Assembly: GCA_041577295.1 (NCBI GenBank) | Contig: JBFGJG010000001.1 | Coordinates: 160,001 to 224,000 of the forward strand | DNA: 64,000 bases | Direction: 5' to 3' | Origin: Gemmatimonadales bacterium | GTDB lineage: Bacteria > Gemmatimonadota > Gemmatimonadetes > Gemmatimonadales > GWC2-71-9 | Notes under the pieces: model-generated | Databases searched by the model: none | What the model was told of the DNA's origin: nothing | What the model saw: only the letters and a program-made list of their open reading frames with translations | Position numbers and translations under genes: made by a program | Shown here: piece after piece, positions 30,621 through 40,943 of the stretch | How positions within the stretch are numbered: the stretch's first letter is position 1 | How the letters are laid out: each line of letters starts with the position of its first letter

Positions 30621-31426
30621 GCGCTGACGTTTCGCCGCGACCGGCCATGGCGCGGCACGCCCGACAGCAGGCGGACTGCCCGCTCGGGATGAGGCGCCCT
30701 GGACAGCACCGTGCCGATCAGCACGGCATCCGCTCCCCACCCGGCCACGCGTTCGACGTCCGCTCGCCCGGCGAGTCCGCTTTCCGCCACGGCGACGATG
30801 TCCGCCGGCACTTGTGGAAGGAGTCGATGGTGGGTGACCGGGTGCACCACGAGGGACGCGAGATCGCGGCTGTTGATGCCAACGGTTTGGGGCTCGAGTG
30901 ACAAGGCAATGCGAAGCTCTCGTTCGTCATGCACCTCAATGAGCTGCCCGAGGCCCAGCTCCCGGGCCACGCCTACCAACTCGCCGAGACGGGATTCCGT
31001 GAGCGCACGGACAATCAGCAGTATGGCGCTCGCGCCCACCGCGCGGGCCTCGACGATCTGGACTGGATCGAGAATGAAATCCTTTCGCAGGACCGGTAGC
31101 GATGCGCCTGCGCGCACGGCGATGATGTCTTGGACGGAGCCGCCAAAGTGATGCCGTTCGGTGAGCACCGAGATCGCACGCGCTCCCCCAGCAGCATACG
31201 CCGTCGCCTGCTGGCGTGGGTCGAGCGTCTCGGCGATCACCCCCTGCGACGGCGAGCGTCGCTTGACCTCCGCTATCACTGCGACCTCTTCGCCCGCGAA
31301 TGCGCTCAGCCACGGCACGGGTGCCGGGGCCTCCCGGGCCGCCCGTTCCAGTATCGAGCGGCGGGTGCGCAGCTGCTCCACAACTTGACGCGTTTCCTCT
31401 AGAATCGCGCTCAACCCAGCCGTCAT
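30617..31426 (-). CDS. trpC: Indole-3-glycerol phosphate synthase
   Basis: [33 protein letters not shown]. Confidence 0.95.
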   Translation of the reverse strand: MTAGLSAILEETRQVVEQLRTRRSILERAAREAPAPVPWLSAFAGEEVAVIAEVKRRSPSQGVIAETLDPRQQATAYAAGGARAISVLTERHHFGGSVQDIIAVRAGASLPVLRKDFILDPVQIVEARAVGASAILLIVRALTESRLGELVGVARELGLGQLIEVHDERELRIALSLEPQTVGINSRDLASLVVHPVTHHRLLPQVPADIVAVAESGLAGRADVERVAGWGADAVLIGTVLSRAPHPERAVRLLSGVPRHGRSRRNVSA

Positions 31427-31435
31427 TCCAGTCCC

Positions 31436-31464
31436 TTGCGCTTCGGTCTGTATTCGGGTATTTT
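31436..31464 (+). promoter_or_regulatory. Putative sigma70 promoter of lexA
   Basis: TTGCGC (31436-41), 17-nt spacer, TATTTT (31459-64). Confidence 0.55.
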
Positions 31465-31483
31465 CACTTCGGAGTTCTTTCGG
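31442..31483 (+). promoter_or_regulatory. Two candidate LexA operators, TTCGG-N6-TTCGG
   Basis: TTCGG at 31442, 31453, 31468 and 31479 (two pairs with 11-bp period) overlapping the lexA promoter. Confidence 0.6.
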
Positions 31484-31502
31484 TTTCCTCGGAGCGTGGC
31501 CA

Positions 31503-32111
31503 ATGCCGCTGACGCGCAGACAAAAACAGATTCTGGATTACCTGCAAAGCTACATTCAGGATCAGGGCTTCGCGCCGTCCTTCGAGGAGATCGCGGAGCA
31601 TTTTTCCTTCGCCTCGCTCGCCACCGTGCATGAGCATCTCACCAATCTCCAGCGAAAAGGCTACATCCGGCGTGGCTACAACGAGAGCCGCTCCATAGAG
31701 CTCGTCCCACCCGCGGGCCAGTCCGGAGCCACGGAGCTTCCGTTGCTGGGAGAGGTGGCGGCCGGTGAACCGATCGAGGCGGTCACGTCACCAGAGACCA
31801 TTGCGGTCCCGAACGATCTGATCCCACGGCGCGGCAGCGCCTATGTGCTGCGCGTGCGGGGGAATTCAATGATCGACGAGCATATCCAAGACGGTGATTG
31901 TGTCGTGGTGCAGGGACGCGATTCCGCCAACAACGGTGAGATGGTGATCGCTTTGGTCGATGGGACTTCGGCCACCGTCAAGCGCCTGTTTCGCGAAGCT
32001 GGCGGGTGGATCAGGCTACAGCCTGCGAACGATCAGATCGCACCCCTCCGCGTTCATGAGGACAACATCCTCATCCAGGGCGTGGTGGTTGGAGTGATTC
32101 GGAAGTACTGA
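31503..32111 (+). CDS. lexA: SOS repressor LexA
   Basis: LTRRQ...PSFEEI winged HTH, VAAG cleavage site, GNSM catalytic Ser, TVKR catalytic Lys. Confidence 0.96.
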   Translation: MPLTRRQKQILDYLQSYIQDQGFAPSFEEIAEHFSFASLATVHEHLTNLQRKGYIRRGYNESRSIELVPPAGQSGATELPLLGEVAAGEPIEAVTSPETIAVPNDLIPRRGSAYVLRVRGNSMIDEHIQDGDCVVVQGRDSANNGEMVIALVDGTSATVKRLFREAGGWIRLQPANDQIAPLRVHEDNILIQGVVVGVIRKY

Positions 32112-33147
32112 GCGGCGTCTCGGCCCTCAGCCGCTCCAACGGACCCGCTCCCTCACCAGCCTCGAGAAGAGACACGGCGCGCGCCATCGCTTCATCCAGC
32201 GTAGCAGATACCCCTGCAACGTACAGCGCCGCTCCAGCATTCAAGCCGACGGCATTCCGCCCCGCCTGGTCGGCGCCGGCGTCGTGAAGCAGCCGCTCCA
32301 CGCGGGACGCGTTCTCCTCCGGGGTGCCCCCTGCCAACGCCTCAATCGAGTCGCCGGCCAATCCGTAGGCTGATGGGTCGATGACCAGTGTTCGCACCCG
32401 GCCCTCGCGGATCTCCCATGCATCGGTCAGCCCAACGGGCGAGATCTCGTCCATTCCGACACGCGCGTGAACCACCAGTGCGTGCTGGCCGTCCAAGCGT
32501 GCGAGGACCCTGGCGACCAGTGGAGCCCGCGACGCGTCCCACACGCCGATGACCTGCCGCTGCGTCCCGGCTGGGTTTGCCAGCGGGCCGATGAGGTTCA
32601 TGATGGTCGGCACCGCGAGCTGGCGTCGGACAGGGGTGATCGGCGCCGTCGCGGGGTGAAATGCGGGCGCGAATAGGAACGCCATACCGACCGAGGACAG
32701 CAACTCCGCCGCGCGTGTGGGGTCGACGCTGATAGCCACCCCCAAGGCCTCGAGCAAGTCCGCCGAGCCGCACTTCGACGTGTACGAGCGATTGCCGTGT
32801 TTGGCCACCGCGGCCCCGCCGGCCACCGCGACGAAGGCCGCAGCGGTCGACACGTTGAACGTGGAGACGGTTCCACCACCCGTACCGCACGTGTCGATGG
32901 GGTGCATTCCCTCCGCGACCGGCACGCGCACCATGGCGCCGCGCAGCGCGCGAACGATCCCGACCACCTCGTCCTCCCGCTCCCCACGCGCCCGGAGGCC
33001 CATCAGCAATCCCGCAATCTGGGCGGCACTCGCCTCGCCTCGCATGACCTCACTGAACGCATCGCTGGCCAACGTCTCACCGAGAGGGGTACCCTCGGCC
33101 AACGCCTGGAGTGCGCGCGCGACTGCGGTGCGAAGTGGCGTGGTCAT
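32071..33147 (-). CDS. trpD: Anthranilate phosphoribosyltransferase
   Basis: DTCGTGG, FNVST, KHGNRS, GSADLLE, FAPAFHP, GPLANP. Confidence 0.95.
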   Translation of the reverse strand: MTTPLRTAVARALQALAEGTPLGETLASDAFSEVMRGEASAAQIAGLLMGLRARGEREDEVVGIVRALRGAMVRVPVAEGMHPIDTCGTGGGTVSTFNVSTAAAFVAVAGGAAVAKHGNRSYTSKCGSADLLEALGVAISVDPTRAAELLSSVGMAFLFAPAFHPATAPITPVRRQLAVPTIMNLIGPLANPAGTQRQVIGVWDASRAPLVARVLARLDGQHALVVHARVGMDEISPVGLTDAWEIREGRVRTLVIDPSAYGLAGDSIEALAGGTPEENASRVERLLHDAGADQAGRNAVGLNAGAALYVAGVSATLDEAMARAVSLLEAGEGAGPLERLRAETPLSTSESLQPPRPG

Positions 33148-33277
33148 AGAAAAACGTGGTGCGAGTGCGGTAGTGGAGCGTCCGAAAATGCCCAAGCACC
33201 CGGCTCATTGTCAAACGCTGCAAGTGATTGTTTTGCTTGCTGGTACGTGAGGATGGGTCGTATCTTCCTCACGCCGC

Positions 33278-34051
33278 ATGTCCCACCATTACTACGCCGT
33301 CCTGCACTACGCGGGGGCCGGCTTCGCTGGCTGGCAGCGCCAGCCCAATCAGCGTACCGTGCAGGGCACGTTCGAAAGCGTGCTCGAGCGTCTGCTCGAT
33401 CGCCGCGTTCCCACTCATGCCGCCGGCCGTACGGACGCCGGCGTTCACGCGCTCGGTCAGGTAGTGAGTTTCCGTTTACCAAAACCTTGGGAGCTCGCCA
33501 CCCTGCTCCGTGCGCTTCGCGCGCTGTCGCCACGGGACGTGTGGGTGTCGCGCCTGGGAGCAGCGCCCGCCGGCTTTCATGCGCGAAGGGACGCGCTGTC
33601 ACGCCGGTACCGCTACGTCATCGGCTGCGATCCACACTCCGCTTCACCCTTTCGCCGACCGTGGGAGTGGGCCCTTGGCCTGCCCCTCGAGGGTGAGCTG
33701 CTCGCGCGAGCCGCCACTCAGCTTTTGGGCGAGCACGATTTTCGTGCACTCAGTAGTGTGGGCCAAAAAAAAGCTCATTATCGCTGCCGCGTGTCCGTGT
33801 CCGAATGGCACGCGCGTTCGGACGATGAAGGTTTTATCTTTACCATCGAAGCGGATCGTTTTCTCCACCGTATGGTGCGTTTTCTCATTGGGCTCATGGC
33901 GGACGTGGGACGCGGGCGACGGCCCGTAAGCGACGTGGCGCTGCTGTTGGAGAGCACGTCGAACCACGGCGCCAGTCCCCCTGCACCACCACAAGGACTC
34001 TACTTCGTGGGAGCACGCTACCCACACCTCGACGAGGGCATCGACCGATGA
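33278..34051 (+). CDS. truA: tRNA pseudouridine(38-40) synthase
   Basis: [28 protein letters not shown]. Confidence 0.96.
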   Translation: MSHHYYAVLHYAGAGFAGWQRQPNQRTVQGTFESVLERLLDRRVPTHAAGRTDAGVHALGQVVSFRLPKPWELATLLRALRALSPRDVWVSRLGAAPAGFHARRDALSRRYRYVIGCDPHSASPFRRPWEWALGLPLEGELLARAATQLLGEHDFRALSSVGQKKAHYRCRVSVSEWHARSDDEGFIFTIEADRFLHRMVRFLIGLMADVGRGRRPVSDVALLLESTSNHGASPPAPPQGLYFVGARYPHLDEGIDR

Positions 34052-34716
34052 AATTCTTTCTCGACACTGCGGATCTGAGTGACATCCGATGGGCAGCTCA
34101 GGCAGGACTCATCGACGGTGTGACGACCAATCCCACGCTGCTCTCGAAGGTCGCGCGCGACCTCGAGCCCCGAGACGTGTTAAAGGAGATCTGCTCCTTG
34201 GTCGACGGTCCTGTGAGCGCCGAGGTGGTCGCGGTCGACGCTGACAAGATGTACGCGGAAGGACGCGAGCTGGCCAAGATCGCTGACAACGTCGTGGTCA
34301 AGATTCCCATGCTCGAAGACGGGCTGGTGGCCGTGCGGCGGCTCACTGTGGAGGGGATCAAGGTGAACGTCACACTAGCGTTTAGCTCGGTGCAGTGTCT
34401 GCTGGCGGCGAAAGCCGGCGCGACGTACATCTCGCCCTTTCTCGGTCGGCTGGACGACATTGGTCATGAGGGCATGGAGGTCGTACGCGAAGCGCGGATT
34501 ATTTACGACAACTACGGCTACGAAACGGCTATCCTCGCCGCCTCGATCCGTCACCCACGCCACGTGGCGGAGGCGGCCATGCTCGGAGCCGATGTGGCCA
34601 CCATGCCTACGGCCACACTCAAAAAACTCATCCTCCACCCCCTCACCGATCGCGGCCTCGACCAATTCCTCAACGATTGGAGCAAGATCGCGTCGCGGTC
34701 CAAGGTCGGCGCTTGA
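34048..34716 (+). CDS. fsa: Transaldolase / fructose-6-phosphate aldolase (small type)
   Basis: [34 protein letters not shown]. Confidence 0.92.
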   Translation: MKFFLDTADLSDIRWAAQAGLIDGVTTNPTLLSKVARDLEPRDVLKEICSLVDGPVSAEVVAVDADKMYAEGRELAKIADNVVVKIPMLEDGLVAVRRLTVEGIKVNVTLAFSSVQCLLAAKAGATYISPFLGRLDDIGHEGMEVVREARIIYDNYGYETAILAASIRHPRHVAEAAMLGADVATMPTATLKKLILHPLTDRGLDQFLNDWSKIASRSKVGA

Positions 34717-36143
34717 GAGCAGTCGCATCACTCGCGTTCATCGCGGTAGTGGCGTGCGGAAACGCCACTCCCCAGACGCGCCCCGCGGAGGCCTCCCCAC
34801 CGTCGGAGGTCGCGCGACCCCCCGCGCAAGCGGCCAGCCGACAGGCGGTCAACGACAGCCTCACGCGGTCGCGGCATTCTGCCATCGTGGAGGCCGCCGC
34901 CCGCGTCGCACCGGCCGTCGTGAGCGTTAACGTCGTCCGGCGGGAGCGGCGCATCGCACGCTCGGCGTGGGACCTGTTCTTCGTTCCACGCGGATACGAG
35001 CGCTTAGTGGAGGGCATGGGATCGGGGTTCCTCGTGACGGATGACGGCGTCATCATCACCAACCAACACGTGACCGCTGGTGCCGAACGGATCGTCGTCA
35101 CGATGCGTGACGGGACGGATGCCGATGCGGAGTTGCTCGGCCAAGATCCCCTCACCGACATCGCGGTGCTCAAGATCGAAGGCACCAACCTGCCAACGGC
35201 CCCGCTTGGTTCGAGCCGCGACCTGCTAATCGGAGAGTGGGTCGTGGCGATCGGGAATCCATACGGGTATCTGTTGGGCAACAGCGAACCCTCAGTGACG
35301 GCGGGAGTGGTCAGCGCGGTGGGGCGCAACCTTTTGCCCGGCGGCGAGGATTCGCGCGTATACGTGCGCATGATTCAGACGGACGCGGCGATCAATCCTG
35401 GCAACAGCGGGGGACCACTCGTCAACGCGCTGGGTGAGGTGGTCGGCGTCAACGCATCGATCTTTACCGAGAGCGGGGGCTCGGTGGGGATCGGGTTTGC
35501 AATACCGATCGAGCGCGCCCTGCGCGTCGCTCAGGAACTCCAAGCCCACGGCACCGTGCGACGCGCGTGGGTCGGACTGGATGTGGCGGGCATGACGGAC
35601 ACGCGGGATTGGAAGCGGCGTGGCGGCGTGCCAGTCACCGATGTGGCCCCGGGCGGTCCCGCCGCCCGTGTCGGCATTCGCGCCGGTGACGTACTCGTCC
35701 GGGCCAGCGATTACCGGCTCCACACGTTCCTCGACTGGGAGGCGGTCAAGCTCGACGTCGGGCCCGGTGATCGTTTGCATGTGACCTACGAGCGGAGCGG
35801 TCGGGAGCGGACGGTAACGCTCGCTGTGGAAGAGCTACCTACGAGCGTCGCGGAGAAGCTCACGGTCCTTGGCGACGTGCAACTCGTGACGGTCACCGCA
35901 GCCATTCGGCAAGAGCGTAGCCTCCGCCAAGAGCATGGTGTGCTCGTCTACGACGTGGGTGAGGCCACACAACGGAACACCGGACTCCGTCCTGGCGACG
36001 TGATCTTTCAGATAAATCGCGAGCGCATCACCACGGCAGAGGAGGCCCGCGCGGCTTTTCGATCGGCCGCCGGGCGCGGAGCCGTGCGCGTGTACCTCGA
36101 GCGCGGTGGGACCCTCGGGTTCACCGACTTCCGGATCCGGTGA
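34713..36143 (+). CDS. HtrA/DegP-family serine protease with PDZ domains, probable lipoprotein
   Basis: TNQHV, DIAVL and INPGNSGG triad motifs; two PDZ-like regions; lipobox-like VVAC. TTG start overlaps the fsa stop. Confidence 0.92.
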   Translation: MRAVASLAFIAVVACGNATPQTRPAEASPPSEVARPPAQAASRQAVNDSLTRSRHSAIVEAAARVAPAVVSVNVVRRERRIARSAWDLFFVPRGYERLVEGMGSGFLVTDDGVIITNQHVTAGAERIVVTMRDGTDADAELLGQDPLTDIAVLKIEGTNLPTAPLGSSRDLLIGEWVVAIGNPYGYLLGNSEPSVTAGVVSAVGRNLLPGGEDSRVYVRMIQTDAAINPGNSGGPLVNALGEVVGVNASIFTESGGSVGIGFAIPIERALRVAQELQAHGTVRRAWVGLDVAGMTDTRDWKRRGGVPVTDVAPGGPAARVGIRAGDVLVRASDYRLHTFLDWEAVKLDVGPGDRLHVTYERSGRERTVTLAVEELPTSVAEKLTVLGDVQLVTVTAAIRQERSLRQEHGVLVYDVGEATQRNTGLRPGDVIFQINRERITTAEEARAAFRSAAGRGAVRVYLERGGTLGFTDFRIR

Positions 36144-37579
36144 CGGGCGCCCCGCGGTACGAGTCGGCACTGGCCACACGCTACGCGTCGCCGGCGATGC
36201 TCAAACTGTGGAGCGCGGAGCATCGCGCACGGATCTGGCGTCGCCTGTGGCTCGCCCTCGCTCGCGAGCAACGCCAGCTCGGCGCTGACATTCCACAGAC
36301 CGCCATCGACGATATGGAAACGCACCTCGACGATCCGGACCTGACCGCGGTGCGTCGCTACGAGCATCGAGTGCGTCACGATGTCATGGCACACATCCAT
36401 CATTTCGCGGACCAAGCGCCGGCCGCGCGACCGTATCTGCACCTGGGCGCGACAAGTGCCTACGTCACGGACAACGCGGATCTGATCGTGATGCGCGACG
36501 CCATGCGCCTCCTCCTCGGACGCATGGCGGCGGTGTTGCGCAGCCTGCGCAGCTTTGCACACCGTCAACGCGAGATGCCGACGGTGGCCTATACCCACTT
36601 TCAGCCAGCCCAACTGACGACGGTCGGAAAGCGCGCGACGCTTTGGCTCTACGATTTTTGCCTCGACGCCGATTCGTTGTGCACGACCGTGGACAGCCTG
36701 CCCTTTCGTGGTTGCAAGGGAACGACAGGTACCCAAGCGAGCTACCTGCAGCTCTTCGGTGGCGACGATGCCCGTGTGCGCGAGCTCGATCGGCGCGTTG
36801 CCGAGGCGTTCGGCTTTCGCATCACGGTCCCCGTCTGTGGGCAAACCTACACCCGTAAGATTGACAGCAGTGTGCTCGGCGTCCTCGCCGGGGTTGCCGA
36901 GTCCGCATCGAAGTTCGGCACCGACCTGCGACTGCTGCAGCACGAGGGTGAGGTTTTGGAACCCTTCGAAGAGGATCAGGTGGGGTCGAGTGCGATGCCC
37001 TACAAGCGCAATCCGGTGCGCGCGGAGCGGGTGTGCGGTCTCGCCCGATACGCGCTCAGCCTGCGGGACAACACCTCGTATACCGTAGCGACCCAGTGGT
37101 TAGAGCGTTCCCTGGACGACAGCGCCAACCGGCGGCTGGCGTTGCCGGAGAGCTTCCTGGCGGCCGATGCCATCCTGATGCTCTGCACCAACATCGCGGC
37201 CGGGCTGGTCGTGAGGGAGGATGTGGTTCGACGCAACGTCGAACGGTACATGCCGTTCATCGCCACGGAACGCTGGCTGCTCATGGGCGTGGCCCGTGGC
37301 GGGGACCGTCAGGCGCTGCATGAGATCATTCGGCGGCATAGCCGCGCGGCGAGTGAGGCGGTGGCACGTGGGGAACCGAACGATCTCCTCGAGCGGCTCT
37401 CCGCGGATGCCGCCTTTTCCTCTGTTAACACGACGGAGCTGCGCTCCGCCTTGGCGCCGTCCGGCTACATTGGCCGCGCGCCCCACCAGGTCACCGAGTT
37501 TCTAGAAGAGACGGTCGATCCATTACTCGCCCGGCTCGACGCCCACGCTGTTACCGACGAGGCTACCGTTACCGTATGA
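36140..37579 (+). CDS. purB: Adenylosuccinate lyase
   Basis: RHDVMAH, LHLGATS, THFQPAQ, SSAMPYKRNP. Confidence 0.95.
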   Translation: MTGAPRYESALATRYASPAMLKLWSAEHRARIWRRLWLALAREQRQLGADIPQTAIDDMETHLDDPDLTAVRRYEHRVRHDVMAHIHHFADQAPAARPYLHLGATSAYVTDNADLIVMRDAMRLLLGRMAAVLRSLRSFAHRQREMPTVAYTHFQPAQLTTVGKRATLWLYDFCLDADSLCTTVDSLPFRGCKGTTGTQASYLQLFGGDDARVRELDRRVAEAFGFRITVPVCGQTYTRKIDSSVLGVLAGVAESASKFGTDLRLLQHEGEVLEPFEEDQVGSSAMPYKRNPVRAERVCGLARYALSLRDNTSYTVATQWLERSLDDSANRRLALPESFLAADAILMLCTNIAAGLVVREDVVRRNVERYMPFIATERWLLMGVARGGDRQALHEIIRRHSRAASEAVARGEPNDLLERLSADAAFSSVNTTELRSALAPSGYIGRAPHQVTEFLEETVDPLLARLDAHAVTDEATVTV

Positions 37580-38502
37580 GTTCCCTGCCGATCACCCAGA
37601 CATCACTTCCGTTACGCTGCGTACGGCGCGGCAAGGTCCGCGAGATGTACGAGGTCGATGATACGACGCTGCTCATGGTTGCTAGCGATCGCATCAGTGC
37701 CTTCGACGTCATTCTCGCCGAGCCCATCCCACGGAAGGGCGCCGTCCTCACGCAAATGAGCGCGTTCTGGTTCCATGAGCTCGCGCCCATCACGCCGAAT
37801 CACTTTCTCTCGGCGGATACCGACGAGATCATCGATCGGGTCCCGGAGCTGGGAGAGTACCGCGAGACGATCAGCGGGCGATCGATGCTCGTGCGACGCA
37901 CAACGCCGATCAGCTTCGAGTGTGTGGTGCGCGGGTACGTTGCGGGTTCGGCCTGGAAGGAGTACGCGCAGTCCGGCACACTCGCGGGTGAGCCGTTGCC
38001 CGCCGGGCTCGAAGAGTGCGGTATCCTTCCCGCCCCGATCTTCTCTCCGGCAACCAAGGCGGAGGAAGGGCACGATGAGAACGTTACGTTTAACCAGATG
38101 TGTGAGGCTCTTGGCGAGTCGCTGGCGGGCGAACTGCGTTCCAAGAGCCTCCGTTTGTACGAAGCAGGGGCTGCGCGAGCGAAGCAGCGTGGCATCATCA
38201 TCGCCGACACCAAGTTCGAGTTTGGGCGCGCTCCCGACGGCACGGTGCTACTGATCGATGAGGTGCTAACGCCGGACTCCTCACGGTTTTGGCCGGCCGA
38301 CCGGTACCGTGCGGGCCAGGGTCAGCCAAGCTTCGACAAGCAACCAGTTCGGGACTATCTTGCCGGCCACCGGGACCGAGGCGGCTGGGACGGCAACCCA
38401 CCACCACCGCCGCTACCGCACGAGATCGTCCGCGCGACGAGCATCCGGTACCAAGACGCGTATGTGCGCATCACTGGCGATCGTCTCCCGATGGACCAGT
38501 GA
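37576..38502 (+). CDS. purC: SAICAR synthase
   Basis: GKVREMY, SDRISAFD, ADTKFEFG, DEVLTPDSSRFW. Confidence 0.96.
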   Translation: MSSLPITQTSLPLRCVRRGKVREMYEVDDTTLLMVASDRISAFDVILAEPIPRKGAVLTQMSAFWFHELAPITPNHFLSADTDEIIDRVPELGEYRETISGRSMLVRRTTPISFECVVRGYVAGSAWKEYAQSGTLAGEPLPAGLEECGILPAPIFSPATKAEEGHDENVTFNQMCEALGESLAGELRSKSLRLYEAGAARAKQRGIIIADTKFEFGRAPDGTVLLIDEVLTPDSSRFWPADRYRAGQGQPSFDKQPVRDYLAGHRDRGGWDGNPPPPPLPHEIVRATSIRYQDAYVRITGDRLPMDQ

Positions 38503-39146
38503 TGATCGCGCCCGAGGGGCGCCCCTTCGTCCTGGCGGCGGCGGCAATACTCGTCGGACTCCTGGGGTTGGCGTGGTGGCGGGGCGGATGGTGGATCGTA
38601 TTACTGTTGTGTTGGCTGCCCGTCGCGGTGTGGGTGCCGGCATTTTTTCGCGACCCCGCGCGACTGGGTCCGCGCGGCGAACGGCTCGTGATCGCGCCGG
38701 CCGACGGTCGAGTGACGGAGGTGGTCAGCGTTGACGAGCCCGAATTCCTGCAAGGGCCGGCGACGAGAATCTCAGTGTTCATGAACGTGTTTGATGTCCA
38801 TGTGAACCGCCATCCGGTGTCAGGAGTCGTTGTGTACCGTCTATACCGCCCCGGTCGATTCGTCAACGCGACGCTAGACAAGGCCAGCGAGGACAATGAG
38901 CGGATGTCCCTCGGGATACGCACACCGCACGGTCCGGTGTTGGTTCGCCAGATTGCGGGGCTCGTGGCGCGGCGAATCGTGACGGACCCAGTAGAGGGCG
39001 ATAGCGTTCGACAAGGCGAGCGTCTTGGGCTGATCCGCTTCGGCTCACGGGTCGATACGTTCCTGCCTCGAGGCGTAGAGGTGCGTGTCCAGCCGGGAGA
39101 GCGGACGCGCGCTGGCATCACCATCCTTGCGGAGTGGCCGTCGTGA
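38502..39146 (+). CDS. psd: Phosphatidylserine decarboxylase proenzyme
   Basis: FFRDP, APADG, DVHVNR, RFGSRVD self-cleavage motif. Confidence 0.92.
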   Translation: MIAPEGRPFVLAAAAILVGLLGLAWWRGGWWIVLLLCWLPVAVWVPAFFRDPARLGPRGERLVIAPADGRVTEVVSVDEPEFLQGPATRISVFMNVFDVHVNRHPVSGVVVYRLYRPGRFVNATLDKASEDNERMSLGIRTPHGPVLVRQIAGLVARRIVTDPVEGDSVRQGERLGLIRFGSRVDTFLPRGVEVRVQPGERTRAGITILAEWPS

Positions 39147-39988
39147 GCCGCGGTTCGAAGCGACGCAGGCGCATGGGTCGCGCCATCGTAGTGGTGCCGA
39201 GTCTGTTCACGCTCGCCAACCTCTTTTTTGGCATTTGGTCCATCGTCCTCGCCGCCAACGGCGACTTCTACCGCGCCAGCTGGTGGATTGTCATTGCCGG
39301 GCTGCTCGACACGATGGATGGGCTCCTCGCCCGGGTGAGTCGCACCGGTACCCGGTTCGGTGCGGAGCTGGACTCACTCGTGGACATGGTGAGCTTTGGA
39401 CTCGCACCTGCCGTCCTCATGTACCACCTGCTCTTCGCCGCGCAGGGGCCGTTCGCCTGGGTGTTCTCGTACGCCTTCGCGGTGTGCGTCGCGCTTCGTC
39501 TCGCCCGCTACAACGTCGCCGACGCTCCCAAAGGGACCTTCACCGGGCTGCCTTCGCCGGCTGCTGGGATGACGCTGGCAACCTACTACCCGTTCACGCA
39601 AACGACCTTCTTCCAGACGCAACTGCTCGATCTGCCGTGGAACCAGATCATCGTCTTTCTGACTATCACGCTGAGCTTGGCGATGGTCAGCAACATTCAA
39701 TACGCTCGATTGCCGCGAATCGGCTTCCGGTCGCTCCGTGGCGTGCTTGGGCTGATCGTCAACTTGACGATCTTGGGATTCGGAATCTGGTCGCGCGACA
39801 TCTTCTTCTTCCCGCTCGGTATCACGTACGTCTCCTATGGCGTGGCGCGTGCGGCCGTGATCGGCTTCTTGGAGCGTGGGGAGGACGAGAGCTCACAGGT
39901 AGATCAACCAGCATCCGACTCGGCGCGGTCCCTCACCGTGCACCCTGGCTCCCTCGGGCGGCGTGGCCGCCGCCGGCATCGGGGCTAA
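39134..39988 (+). CDS. pssA: CDP-diacylglycerol--serine O-phosphatidyltransferase
   Basis: DTMDGLLAR...FGAELDSLVD CDP-alcohol motif, RLARYN, FTGLPSP; next to psd. Confidence 0.92.
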   Translation: MAVVSRGSKRRRRMGRAIVVVPSLFTLANLFFGIWSIVLAANGDFYRASWWIVIAGLLDTMDGLLARVSRTGTRFGAELDSLVDMVSFGLAPAVLMYHLLFAAQGPFAWVFSYAFAVCVALRLARYNVADAPKGTFTGLPSPAAGMTLATYYPFTQTTFFQTQLLDLPWNQIIVFLTITLSLAMVSNIQYARLPRIGFRSLRGVLGLIVNLTILGFGIWSRDIFFFPLGITYVSYGVARAAVIGFLERGEDESSQVDQPASDSARSLTVHPGSLGRRGRRRHRG

Positions 39989-39996
39989 CGGGGCGA

Positions 39997-40260
39997 ATGG
40001 CTCGCTACCTCGTGGAGGTCCGGGTGATGTCCCGGCCCACCCTGCTCGACCCCCAGGGCCAAACGGTCGAGCACGCCCTCGAGGCACTCGGCTTCCGTGG
40101 GGTGGGTGACGTGCGTGTGGGGAAGGCACTCACGTTCAGCCTCGAAGGCAATGGCTCGAGTCGGGAGGAGGCAGAGCAGAAGGTTCGGCAGATGTGTGAG
40201 CGGTTGCTCGCAAACCCTGTGACGGAGGACTTTGTGATCACGCTGCGGGAGGGTGCATGA
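39997..40260 (+). CDS. purS: FGAM synthase subunit PurS
   Basis: LDPQG, VRVGK, LLANPVTEDF. Confidence 0.93.
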   Translation: MARYLVEVRVMSRPTLLDPQGQTVEHALEALGFRGVGDVRVGKALTFSLEGNGSSREEAEQKVRQMCERLLANPVTEDFVITLREGA

Positions 40261-40943
40261 TCCGAGTCGCCGTCATTCGGTTTCCCGGATCCAACTGCGA
40301 CGCGGACACCTTGCGGGCCGCCGAGGCGGCTGGCGCCCACGCCTATTATATCTGGCATCGTCGGGATCATCTGGAGGACGCCGACGCAGTCATCATTCCT
40401 GGTGGATTCGCCTACGGCGATCATCTGCGCGCCGGGGCCATCGCGCGGTTCAGTCCGGTGATGCCCGCCGTGGAGGCCTTTGCCCGCGACGGTGGTCCGG
40501 TGCTCGGTATCTGCAACGGCTTTCAGGTTCTCTGCGAGGCTGGCCTCCTGCCAGGGGCCTTGGTCAGAAACGCCGGCATTACCTTCCTCTCGCGGCCTGT
40601 ACGGGTTCGCGTGGAGAGCACCGACACGCCGTTTACCGCGCAGTTCGAGCCCGGTGCTATTTTGCGTATGCCGATCGCTCATGGAGAGGGACGCTACGTC
40701 GCGCCGTCCGGCGTCATCGACGAGTTGGAGGCCACCCAGCGCGTGATCCTCCGTTATGTAGGGGAGAATCCCAACGGGTCCATGCAGGCAATCGCCGGTG
40801 TGTCGAACCAACGGCGCAACGTTGTCGGCATGATGCCCCACCCTGAACGTTCAGCATTCACCCACTTGGGTGAGACTAGTGGCGCCCTAGTGTTCCAATC
40901 GCTCACGCGAAGCTTGGAAGTCTTCGAGGGAGGAGCCCGATGA
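40257..40943 (+). CDS. purQ: FGAM synthase glutaminase subunit PurQ
   Basis: FPGSNCD, PGGFAYGD, GICNGFQ, MPHPER. Confidence 0.96.
   Translation: MIRVAVIRFPGSNCDADTLRAAEAAGAHAYYIWHRRDHLEDADAVIIPGGFAYGDHLRAGAIARFSPVMPAVEAFARDGGPVLGICNGFQVLCEAGLLPGALVRNAGITFLSRPVRVRVESTDTPFTAQFEPGAILRMPIAHGEGRYVAPSGVIDELEATQRVILRYVGENPNGSMQAIAGVSNQRRNVVGMMPHPERSAFTHLGETSGALVFQSLTRSLEVFEGGAR

Noticed and set aside
25462..33147. Missing trpE, trpG and trpF as evidence of a broken pathway
   Set aside because: They may lie elsewhere in the genome, which cannot be judged from one window.
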